Shown here piece after piece: positions 7,287 to 15,909 of a stretch of 39,605 nucleotides of DNA (the first letter of the stretch is position 1; each line of letters starts with the position of its first letter). Source of the stretch: an uncultured Candidatus Saccharibacteria bacterium (GTDB lineage Bacteria > Patescibacteriota > Minisyncoccia > JACQLN01 > CAZPCT01); the NCBI GenBank assembly GCA_964600085.1, contig CAZRHU010000003.1, positions 1 through 39,605 of the forward strand. The letters run 5' to 3'. Position numbers and translations under genes: made by a program. A model generated the notes under the pieces. The model saw only the letters and a program-made list of their open reading frames with translations, was not told the origin of the DNA and ran no database searches.

Positions 7287-7318
7287 CCTCCTAAAGCGCA
7301 ACCTCGGAGGTTGTGCCT

Positions 7319-7942
7319 CTACTCTTTAAAAACAAAGAATTTATAACCAATAAAGTTCCAGATTAAAGAAATAAAGGTGGCTATAACAGCTCCAATGTTA
7401 GCCCATAGTTCCGCGCTAACTCCTCCAAGTGGCCCTATAACATTAACAACCAGCGAAGCAACACCGACATTTATAACAAAGCCGGCTATAGAGATGAGTA
7501 AAAACTGGATAAAATTACCTTTTCCCGATTGAAAAGTCCAGAGCTTGTTCCAGAAGTAACTATTAACAACAGCGACCACAAAAGCAACTCCTTTAAATAT
7601 AGAATAAGCTGTTCCTGTTGAAGTGTCGCCCAAGAGAATTAATAAATTTAAGACACCCAGATCAACAAAAGTGTTTAAACTACCGACCAAGAAGTATTTT
7701 CCTAACTGGTAAGCCGTACTCCATCGTTTACCTATAGAGTAGGTTAACCAAAGACCAGAAGCGGACAAGACCGGGAATAAGAAAAATAACCAGATAAAGA
7801 AAGTGTTCTCGAAATTTATATTCTCCCCTATTATCCAGATAGATATAGCAACCACAAAACCGATAATTGCTGATAAGAATAAATCTAATTTACTTAACTT
7901 AATAAAGCTATCGTCCTTGCTTTCTAATATTGTGTTTGCCAT
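7319..7942 (-). CDS. GtrA-family membrane protein with an extra N-terminal pair of TM helices
   Basis: The C-terminal ~130 aa show GtrA-like features (YFLVGSLNTFVDLGVLNLL..., NSYFWNKLWTF). The whole protein is polytopic. Confidence 0.6.
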   Translation of the reverse strand: MANTILESKDDSFIKLSKLDLFLSAIIGFVVAISIWIIGENINFENTFFIWLFFLFPVLSASGLWLTYSIGKRWSTAYQLGKYFLVGSLNTFVDLGVLNLLILLGDTSTGTAYSIFKGVAFVVAVVNSYFWNKLWTFQSGKGNFIQFLLISIAGFVINVGVASLVVNVIGPLGGVSAELWANIGAVIATFISLIWNFIGYKFFVFKE

Positions 7943-7988
7943 TTTTATTATTTTTTATATTTAGCGATCTTTAGGGTTGCTAAATAAT

Positions 7989-10424
7989 TTATAATTTGAA
8001 TTGTTTTTTATCTTCCCTATTGTCTTCTATTTTTTTTCTTTCTTCTCTTTTTCTAACTAGCTCTTCTCTAACCAACTCTCTTTCTTTACCATACTTTGTT
8101 CGTGATAATCCTCTAACTATATTAGCCGTCTCGGGATTTGGCTTGTGAGGCGAGTAGAGCTTTATATTAAATGGTTGAGCTGTCTGACCCTTAAATATCA
8201 TCTTCACATACGCGTGAAAGTTGTCTAAATTTATAAGGTCGTGAGCTCCAAAGAGAGGTTCTAAATACTGAGACAGAAATTCGGCATCTTCTTCACCAAT
8301 CCTCATTATAGCCATTGTTCCAATGTTGCCAAAAACGGCTTTGGATATTTCTTCTGGCAATTGTCCTATGAATTGGTGGGCTAAGATTAAATTTAAGCGA
8401 TACTTTCTAGCTTCTGATAAGATGGTAGCTGCTGATGAGGTGGTGAAGTTTTGAAACTCATCCATATATAGATAAAAATCTCTCCGTTCTTCTTGGGGAG
8501 TATCTCCCCTTGAAAAAGAAGCCATAGCTAGTTTTCCAGCCACTATTAGGCCTAGTAGGCTCATATTAGCTTCACCCAATTTTCCTTTTGATAGATTAAC
8601 TAAAAGTATTTTACCTTCATCCATAACTCTTCTAAAATTGATAGAACTTTTTGATTGACCTACTATAGGTCTCATAAAGTCATTAGATATAAAAGCATTA
8701 AACTTAGAGGTTATATAAGGAACCATATTAGCTAAAGAGGCCTCACCGCCGGCTTTTTCGGCTTCTTTTTCCCAAAAGTCCTTGACGACGGGGTTTTCGG
8801 TTTGCGACAACAAAGATCTTCTAAAGTTTTTATCAGCTAAAACCCTCGGAACGTCCATTAGGGTATAGCCTCTTTCCGGATAATCCATTAACAATAAAAG
8901 GGCGTTACGGGTGTACTGTTCAAACAGTGGCCCCCCGGTGGCTTTTAGATCATATAACTTATTAAATATATTTATAAGTTCATCAATTATAAAAGTTTTT
9001 TGTTCTGGATGCTGGGGGTTGTACTCTAACATATTAAGACCAAATGGTTTTTCTAAATCTGTGGGATCAAAAAGAACTACATCTTCCCACCTCTCTTTAG
9101 GAATAAGACCTAAAATTGACTCTGTTAGATCGCCGTGAGGATCTATAACACACAGACCTGCTCCTCTATCCACGTCTTGGTGAATAAGGCGCTGTAACAG
9201 GCCGGTCTTTCCCGTTCCGGTCTGTCCTATCACATACAGGTGACGCCTTCTATCTGTTTTAGCTAGACGAACCTCTGTTTCTCTTCCTCTATATTTGTTG
9301 ACTCCTAAAGAAATTCCTTCGCTCATTCCCCACGGGGCGGGAGCAGATCTGGCTTTAAGCCACCTCACCCCAGGAAGCGACGAGCCCGACAGAGGAAGGT
9401 GAAAAACACTGGCCAACTCTTCAGTGGATAAAACCGCTTTCTCTTTTTTATCAAACAATCGAAAGCTATATTCATAAATTATCTTTTCCTTCTTCTCTTC
9501 ATCTTCGGCAAAATAGTTTAAATTAGGTGATGAAAATTGGACAAAAGCACTTTCTATTTCATTTAAAATTGCTTTTGACCTTGCCTCACTGGGACTAGAA
9601 ACAGCTAATCTAATATTGACTTCAAAATTATTTTTAGATACTTTTGATTTAATAGCCTCTAAAATTTCTTCGTCTTGATAAGGCGTTTCGCCTTCTTTTT
9701 TTTCTTCTACCCTGTTTCCTAACTTTATTTTTGATGTCTTTTCTAAGGCCTCTTCAAAAGTTTTTCCCCTCTTTATTTCCTTAATCACTTTTTTAGCTTT
9801 AGATCCCCACCCCTTTTTTACGGGTCTCATAACAATCTGTAAACTAGCTCCCTCATCATTATTCAAGCTCGCCATAGCGGAAGCGATATTGTTTAGGGGA
9901 TCTACTCCTAAACTCTGATAGGTCTTTATGGGTAGTATTTCTGAACGAGAGGTGACGATATAAGAAGCGCTTGTTACTTGACCCGGCTCAAATATATCAT
10001 AATCTTCTACCGGCTCTACTACAGCTTCTGGAAAAATCGAATGAATTCCTTTTACTAGAGCGTCAGCGTATCTAGAAGGAGCAGAAGCGTAAAAAGCAAT
10101 CTTTCCTTTTATGTGGGTCATCTCCCATACAATATAGGGTGAGCCGTACTCCCACCTTTTCCAAAAACCACCGGGCTTTAGAGCTGAAAAAAGAGAATAG
10201 AGTTGCTCCATCGGCTCTATTCTCTCCCGAGCTTCTTTACTTTTTTCTTCCGGAGTTGTTTCTCTTGGTATTAAAATTAAAAAGAGCTCCATATCTAAAG
10301 AGCGCACAACTTCGCCCCTCTTTTTAATAGAACGAGAGAAGAGCCAGAAAATAATAAAGAGGACTATAAAAAGACCGGCTAGAAGACCAATGCTTATTAA
10401 AAAATTAGTGATTAGATTATCCAT
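7989..10424 (-). CDS. TraD/VirD4/TrwB-like (FtsK-HerA superfamily) P-loop ATPase with an N-terminal TM helix and a ~380-aa unknown domain
   Basis: Walker A VIGQTGTGKTG followed by CVIDPHGDL. Walker B is FYLYMDEFQNF, and the ARKYRLNLILAHQ block is typical of coupling-protein ATPases. Confidence 0.65.
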   Translation of the reverse strand: MDNLITNFLISIGLLAGLFIVLFIIFWLFSRSIKKRGEVVRSLDMELFLILIPRETTPEEKSKEARERIEPMEQLYSLFSALKPGGFWKRWEYGSPYIVWEMTHIKGKIAFYASAPSRYADALVKGIHSIFPEAVVEPVEDYDIFEPGQVTSASYIVTSRSEILPIKTYQSLGVDPLNNIASAMASLNNDEGASLQIVMRPVKKGWGSKAKKVIKEIKRGKTFEEALEKTSKIKLGNRVEEKKEGETPYQDEEILEAIKSKVSKNNFEVNIRLAVSSPSEARSKAILNEIESAFVQFSSPNLNYFAEDEEKKEKIIYEYSFRLFDKKEKAVLSTEELASVFHLPLSGSSLPGVRWLKARSAPAPWGMSEGISLGVNKYRGRETEVRLAKTDRRRHLYVIGQTGTGKTGLLQRLIHQDVDRGAGLCVIDPHGDLTESILGLIPKERWEDVVLFDPTDLEKPFGLNMLEYNPQHPEQKTFIIDELINIFNKLYDLKATGGPLFEQYTRNALLLLMDYPERGYTLMDVPRVLADKNFRRSLLSQTENPVVKDFWEKEAEKAGGEASLANMVPYITSKFNAFISNDFMRPIVGQSKSSINFRRVMDEGKILLVNLSKGKLGEANMSLLGLIVAGKLAMASFSRGDTPQEERRDFYLYMDEFQNFTTSSAATILSEARKYRLNLILAHQFIGQLPEEISKAVFGNIGTMAIMRIGEEDAEFLSQYLEPLFGAHDLINLDNFHAYVKMIFKGQTAQPFNIKLYSPHKPNPETANIVRGLSRTKYGKERELVREELVRKREERKKIEDNREDKKQFKL

Positions 10425-10439
10425 CCTCCGCTTTTAGCT

Positions 10440-10688
10440 TTATAACTCTTCTAAAATTCCCTCTTCTTTAAGACCCTCTTTTAATTCGTCGATTAAGGAG
10501 TCGTGAAGCTCGTCTAAAAGGTACGGGTCTTTTATTTTTCTAGCTATAGAAACTGACTTAGCCAGACCCTCTTCTACAGCTATTCTTTTCAGCTCTTCTA
10601 ATCTACCTCTTTTTTCCATCGGCTCTATCCTCTTAACCTCCTGTTGGATTTCTATAGAGTTATTTTTTTCTTCTATTCTTTTTTCCAT
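10440..10688 (-). CDS. Small acidic, probably coiled-coil protein, likely co-transcribed with the ATPase
   Basis: 82-aa E/K-rich ORF lying 15 nt upstream of the ATPase gene on the same strand. No family was recognised. Confidence 0.4.
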   Translation of the reverse strand: MEKRIEEKNNSIEIQQEVKRIEPMEKRGRLEELKRIAVEEGLAKSVSIARKIKDPYLLDELHDSLIDELKEGLKEEGILEEL

Positions 10689-10726
10689 ATCAATATTATA
10701 ACATAAAGTTATGTTATAATATTGAT
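10689..10726. promoter_or_regulatory. Perfect 17-bp inverted repeat carrying two back-to-back extended -10 elements (TGTTATAAT)
   Basis: ATCAATATTATAACATA (10689-10705), a 4-nt spacer AAGT, then TATGTTATAATATTGAT (10710-10726). It fills the gap between the divergent start codons at 10688 and 10728. Confidence 0.6.
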
Positions 10727-12299
10727 TATGAAGACCTCAAAAGGCAAGATTGTAATCTTTTTACTTTTTCTGCTGATTTTACTAACTGCGGTCTTTTTTC
10801 GTTTCTGGTCTCTAAACGACGCTCCGCCGGGTCTTTATCCCGATGAAGCTATGAATGCCATTAACGCTACCAGAGTTCAGGAAAGCGGTGATTTTGATGT
10901 TTTTTATTCTGAAAACAATGGCCGAGAAGGTCTTTATATGAATATTACAGCAATTGCCTTTGATATTTGCGGTAGAAATATCAATACTCTAAGAATGGTT
11001 TCTTCTTTTTTCGGCGTTCTTATGGTAGCTGGAATATTTTTCTTTTCTTGGGTTATCTGGGGATACAAGATGGCTCTTCTTTCTTCTTACCTGTCAGCTA
11101 TAAGTTTTTGGGCTGTTAATTTTTCTCGGATTGGCTTTAGAGCTATCATACTCCCAGCTATTTTAGTATGGTCTTTTGGTTTTTTATGGCTGGGCTTAAA
11201 GAAAAAAAAGATTTACTTTTTCCTAATCAGCGGGCTTATATTCGGTGTGGGTATGCATACATACATATCTTTTAGGGTTATGCCTTTAGTTTTAATTTTA
11301 TTCTCGGCACTACTCTTTTTTGATCTTTCTTATAATAAAAAAGATATCTTGAGATGGGGCTTTGTATTCTTAGTAGCCTCACTCGTAGTTGCTTCTCCCC
11401 TTTTAATTTACTATCTCCAGAATCCTGCCGACTTTATGGGGAGAGCGGATCAGGTTTCAATATTCAACGAAAGCTCACCGCTACTAGCTTTGGGAGAGGG
11501 AGCGGTAAAAACACTGGGTATGTTTAATTTTGTAGGTGATTTTAACTGGCGACACAACATCTCTGGCCGACCTCTTTTATTCTGGCCTATAGGAATCGGT
11601 TTTTTATTAGGAATACTTCTCCTTTTAAGAGGTTGTAAAAAAGGAAACAAAAAGGTTGAAGTCTTCTTACTGCTATGGTTTTTTATTGGTCTTGTTCCTA
11701 ATTTTCTCGCTCCAGAAGGAGCACCCCACGCTTTGAGGGCTTTAGCCGTGATGCCGGTTGTTTTTATAATTTCAGCTAAAGGAATGTGGTGGCTTTATAA
11801 AAAAACACAACGCTACCTATCTAGGTTTCAAGAAAAAAATAAAAATAAATATAATCAAATAAGGAGAATAAAGAGGGAGTTAGCTCTTTTAGCTATAATA
11901 CTTCTTTTATTTTTAGGAGTTTGGGAAGCCAGGGTTTATTTTGTGGAGTGGGCTTTTAATTCTAATACCAAAGGAGCTTTCACTGAAAGATTGGTTCAAG
12001 CAGGAGAGTTCTTGAGGGGGAGTGATTCTAAAAATAAATATGTTGTTATTAATGATAACGGCAAGTTGATAGATGGAATCCATATTGAGTCCAAGACCAT
12101 AGAATTTATTACCTGGGATATTAGAGGTGATATTACTTTTATAAATAAAGAAGATATTAATCAACTGCCTTCTTCTATAGAGGACGGTCTTTTAGTGGTT
12201 TCTCTAGAAGACGCTGATCTTATAGAGAATTTAAACCAAAAGTATAAAGGCTCAAAAATTATAAAAACTTCACCCTTTGGCGTAATAAGGGTGCCTTAA
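10722..12299 (+). CDS. GT39/ArnT-PMT-like phospholipid-carrier-dependent glycosyltransferase (ATG at 10728 is the more likely start)
   Basis: Polytopic membrane protein. The first-loop motif APPGLYPDEAMN is typical of GT-C family 39 enzymes. Confidence 0.65.
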   Translation: MIMKTSKGKIVIFLLFLLILLTAVFFRFWSLNDAPPGLYPDEAMNAINATRVQESGDFDVFYSENNGREGLYMNITAIAFDICGRNINTLRMVSSFFGVLMVAGIFFFSWVIWGYKMALLSSYLSAISFWAVNFSRIGFRAIILPAILVWSFGFLWLGLKKKKIYFFLISGLIFGVGMHTYISFRVMPLVLILFSALLFFDLSYNKKDILRWGFVFLVASLVVASPLLIYYLQNPADFMGRADQVSIFNESSPLLALGEGAVKTLGMFNFVGDFNWRHNISGRPLLFWPIGIGFLLGILLLLRGCKKGNKKVEVFLLLWFFIGLVPNFLAPEGAPHALRALAVMPVVFIISAKGMWWLYKKTQRYLSRFQEKNKNKYNQIRRIKRELALLAIILLLFLGVWEARVYFVEWAFNSNTKGAFTERLVQAGEFLRGSDSKNKYVVINDNGKLIDGIHIESKTIEFITWDIRGDITFINKEDINQLPSSIEDGLLVVSLEDADLIENLNQKYKGSKIIKTSPFGVIRVP

Positions 12300-12316
12300 A
12301 AAATATACTAAACAAT

Positions 12317-14041
12317 ATGAAGACAAATATTCTTGCCAGTCTCCTAATAATTTTTATGGTTGTAGTAGCTTTTTTTTCTTTCCAGGGAGACAGTTTAACC
12401 ACGGACGAGTCGCCTCACATCTCTGCTGGTTATAGTTACCTTACTCAAAAGGATATGCGCTTAAATCCCGAACACCCCCCTTTAGTAAAAGATGTTTCGG
12501 CTATTCCTTTACTTTTTCAAGATATAAATTTTCCATCCACTCATCCTTCTTGGAGCGAAAATATAAATGACCAGTGGGCTTTTGGGCCAGAGCTTATATT
12601 TAATTCAGAAAATAATTCTGATAAAATAATGAATTCTGCTCGAACAGCAATGCTCTTGTTCTTAATTTTATTGGGAATTTATATATTTAAGTGGGCCAAA
12701 GAACGTTACGGTGGAAGAGTGGCCCTAGTTGCGCTTTTTTTCTTCGCCCTCTCCCCCACTTTTCTAGCCCACGGTCGTCTAGTTACCACTGATGTGGCCG
12801 CTGCTTTTGGATTTGTCTTTAGCTTTTACTACTTCTTTAAGTTTTTAAAAACTCCTAATAGAAAAAATATAATTCTAGCCGGCTTATCTTTTGGAGTAGC
12901 TCAATTGCTAAAATTTTCTCTTATTTTATTAATTCCTTTTTATGGCGGTATCTTTTTTGTTTACTGGTTAATAAATAGAGACAAGGTTCGTTTCTGGCGC
13001 TACTTCGGTTTTATAGTCTTAATATTTTTAATTGGTTTTATTTTGGTATGGCCTGTATACCAGTATCATGTTTGGAATTATCCTCCCGATCTTCAAGTTC
13101 GTGATACAGCCCATATCTTATCTTCTAGTCAATTTAAATTTATAGCCGACAAAGTAGTCTGGATGGCAGATAAGCCCTTCTTAAGACCGTACGCTCAATA
13201 TGGCCTAGGACTGCTGATGGTTTTTCAGAGAACAACCGGGGGCAACACAACCTTTTTTATGGGAGATGTTGCCTCTACGGCCTGGAAGAGTTACTTTCCT
13301 GTTGTCTTTGGCTTAAAAGTTCCTTTAGCATTAATTTTATTGATGCTACTCTCACTATGGGTAGGGTTTAAATCTCTTATTAATAATAAAATTAATTTAA
13401 AAAACGCGAAGAGGTGGCTTCGAGATTACTTTGTTGAGTTCGGCTGGCTGGCTTTTGTAATTTTTTACTGGGCCTTAAGTGTTTTTGGAAATCTTAATAT
13501 AGGAATTCGTCACGTTCTTCCAACTTTTCCTTTTATATATCTACTGGTTAGTGGCCAGATTCAAAAATGGCGAAGAGAGAAACCTTTAAAGATAGTCAGT
13601 AGAAGTGTGTTTTTAACCATGATTCTCTTGTGGTATGGAGCGGTCTCACTCTTTACGTTTCCTTTTTTCCTAGTTTACTTTAATGAAGTTGCTGGCGGTC
13701 CCGATAATGGACATAATTATGTGGTTGATTCTAACCTCGACTGGGGACAAGATCTAAAACGCTTGGCTCGATACGTTGAAGAAAATAATATTCAGAAAAT
13801 AAAACTAGATTACTTTGGCGGAGATAGTCCTTTTTACAGGTTAGGAAACAAGTATGAAAAATTTGACCTTTTTAAATCAGAAAGAAAGGGATGGATAGCC
13901 GTATCGGCGACTCTTTTACAAAACGGAAGAGGAGAAGCAACAAAAAAATTTGACAAATCTACTAATCACTATAAGTGGCTCAACAACTACGAACCTGTAG
14001 CGAAAATAGGCTACTCAATATTTGTTTATAATATCGAGTAA
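12317..14041 (+). CDS. Second GT39/ArnT-PMT-like glycosyltransferase
   Basis: Polytopic membrane protein with first-loop motif TTDESPHISAGYSYL, lying in tandem with the previous GT39 gene. Confidence 0.65.
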   Translation: MKTNILASLLIIFMVVVAFFSFQGDSLTTDESPHISAGYSYLTQKDMRLNPEHPPLVKDVSAIPLLFQDINFPSTHPSWSENINDQWAFGPELIFNSENNSDKIMNSARTAMLLFLILLGIYIFKWAKERYGGRVALVALFFFALSPTFLAHGRLVTTDVAAAFGFVFSFYYFFKFLKTPNRKNIILAGLSFGVAQLLKFSLILLIPFYGGIFFVYWLINRDKVRFWRYFGFIVLIFLIGFILVWPVYQYHVWNYPPDLQVRDTAHILSSSQFKFIADKVVWMADKPFLRPYAQYGLGLLMVFQRTTGGNTTFFMGDVASTAWKSYFPVVFGLKVPLALILLMLLSLWVGFKSLINNKINLKNAKRWLRDYFVEFGWLAFVIFYWALSVFGNLNIGIRHVLPTFPFIYLLVSGQIQKWRREKPLKIVSRSVFLTMILLWYGAVSLFTFPFFLVYFNEVAGGPDNGHNYVVDSNLDWGQDLKRLARYVEENNIQKIKLDYFGGDSPFYRLGNKYEKFDLFKSERKGWIAVSATLLQNGRGEATKKFDKSTNHYKWLNNYEPVAKIGYSIFVYNIE

Positions 14042-14062
14042 CCTTTAACGATTGTCTAATCT

Positions 14063-14653
14063 TTATTGAGTTAATTTATAGAATACTTTATTAGGCAAAC
14101 GAAGGTCTATATACTCTAAACTAAAACGGGCGGAACCTATTTCGTTCAGAACCCTCTCTAGTATCTCAAGAGTGGCGTTAGCGTTATTTTGGAGATCAAT
14201 TTTTATTTGCCAACCTTCTCTAGTTTGAAAGTAAAAAACACTCTCTTCTTTTTGTGTTGCTTTTATCGTATTTAAAGAAAGGTTATCTTCCATCTTTCTT
14301 TTTAAAAATAAAAGTTCTAAGAAAGTTTCTTCTTCTAATACTCTTTCTCCCACAATAAGATCTCCTTTCTTTTTTTCAATTAAAAAAAAGAGTGAGCCAG
14401 TGGGTTTGGGAGATTTTGAAAACGCAATTCCATCTTTATTTAAGGGGACGCACTCCGTGCTAACACAAACAAGAGCCACGGCTTTTCTATCCCCTATAAC
14501 GTCTAAATTTTGGTTAATCCCTTCTTTGTTGTAAAAGGCAAATATTTGCCAAATGAAAAAAAAGAAAAAAATAATAAAGAGAGACAAAAGAAACCTTTTT
14601 TTATTGAGGTTTATTTTTTTTCTTTTTTTAATTGGCCTTACTCTTTCTGGCAC
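14063..14653 (-). CDS. FtsQ/DivIB-like bitopic cell-division protein
   Basis: Basic N-terminus and a single TM helix. The C-terminal end, LEYIDLRLPNKVFYK, resembles the FtsQ domain. Assignment is weak. Confidence 0.4.
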   Translation of the reverse strand: MPERVRPIKKRKKINLNKKRFLLSLFIIFFFFFIWQIFAFYNKEGINQNLDVIGDRKAVALVCVSTECVPLNKDGIAFSKSPKPTGSLFFLIEKKKGDLIVGERVLEEETFLELLFLKRKMEDNLSLNTIKATQKEESVFYFQTREGWQIKIDLQNNANATLEILERVLNEIGSARFSLEYIDLRLPNKVFYKLTQ

Positions 14654-14658
14654 AAAAG

Positions 14659-15909
14659 TTAGGACTTTTTTGTTTTTATCTCTTTAAAGGGCAGATATTT
14701 TTGAAGAGCTTTGGGTATATCCACAGAACCATCTTTTCTTTGAAAGTTTTCTAAGATGGCTATAATAGCCCTTGATGTGGCAATCGCAGTTCCGTTCAGC
14801 GTGTGAACGAATTTATTTTCTTTATCTTGGTCTCTATACTTAATATTTAGATTTCTTGACTGGTAATCGGTAGTGTTAGAAGTTGAGGTTACTTCTCCCC
14901 ACTCTTTTTTCCCGGGCATCCAGGCCTCTAAGTCATATTTTTTTGCCGCTTGCGTGCCCAGATCACCGGCGCACATCTCAACAACCCTAAAAGGAATGTT
15001 TAATTTTTGAAAAATATTCTCTTCTATTCTTAATAATTCCTCATGAATCTTTGGTGAATTTTCCGGTTGGGAAAAGACAAACATCTCTACTTTAGTAAAT
15101 TGGTGAACTCTATAGAGTCCTTTAGAGTACTTGCCGTAAGCACCCGCTTCTTTTCTAAAACAGTGCGATAAACCAACGTATCTTTGAGGAAGGTCTTCTT
15201 CTCTTAATACTTCATCGGCGTGGTATCCGGCCAAAGTTACTTCTGCGGTGGCTATTAACCCAAGATCTGAATCGTCTATCTCGTATGTCTGCGCCTCATT
15301 TCCTTTTGGCATATAGCCAGTTCCCCTGTAAAATCTTTCTCTAGCCAGATCGGGGGTTATAAGAGGGGTAAATTTTTTCTTATAGAGAACGTCAAAAGCA
15401 TATTGAATGAGGGCTAACTCTAATAAAGCTCCTTCGTTCTTTAGATAGTAAAATTGACTACCAGACACTTTTGCTCCGGCCTCAAAATCAATAATGTCTA
15501 GATTTTTCCCTAGCTCGAGGTGATCTCTAGGATTAAAACTAAACTCTGTTTTTTTTCCCACAACTTTAATTTCCTTGTTATCATACTCGTCTCTTCCTTC
15601 GGGCACGTTTTCTAGAGGCGGGTTGGGGATTTCTGATAGCAGTTGTTTTAGCTCTTCTTCAATTTCTTTTAATTTTTCTTCTCTTGTCTTCACCTCTTTC
15701 TTTATCTCTTTCCCTCGTTCTCTGTCCGCATCTTTTCCATCTTTAGCTATGTTGTTCCCTTCTCTTCGTAACTCTTCTATTTTTTTGATTATGTCTCTTC
15801 TCGTCTTATCTAAAGTTAAAACTGTGTTTATATCTAAACTATAACCCTTTCTCTTGACGGCTCTTTTAAATTCTTCTGTGTTTTCTCTTAATAAATTTAT
15901 ATCAATCAT
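14659..15909 (-). CDS. serS: Seryl-tRNA synthetase
   Basis: N-terminus MIDINLLREN followed by a coiled-coil arm and a class II core (CFRKEAG, TLNGTAIATSRAI). Confidence 0.93.
   Translation of the reverse strand: MIDINLLRENTEEFKRAVKRKGYSLDINTVLTLDKTRRDIIKKIEELRREGNNIAKDGKDADRERGKEIKKEVKTREEKLKEIEEELKQLLSEIPNPPLENVPEGRDEYDNKEIKVVGKKTEFSFNPRDHLELGKNLDIIDFEAGAKVSGSQFYYLKNEGALLELALIQYAFDVLYKKKFTPLITPDLARERFYRGTGYMPKGNEAQTYEIDDSDLGLIATAEVTLAGYHADEVLREEDLPQRYVGLSHCFRKEAGAYGKYSKGLYRVHQFTKVEMFVFSQPENSPKIHEELLRIEENIFQKLNIPFRVVEMCAGDLGTQAAKKYDLEAWMPGKKEWGEVTSTSNTTDYQSRNLNIKYRDQDKENKFVHTLNGTAIATSRAIIAILENFQRKDGSVDIPKALQKYLPFKEIKTKKS

Noticed and set aside
6757-7316. The flanking repeats of the GC-rich cassette as integron attC sites
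   Set aside because: The CAAC...GTTG cores (GCGTAAC/GCGCAAC and GTTGCGA/GTTGTGC) do not fit RYYYAAC/GTTRRRY exactly. The palindromes are far shorter than typical attC sites. No intI gene is in the window.
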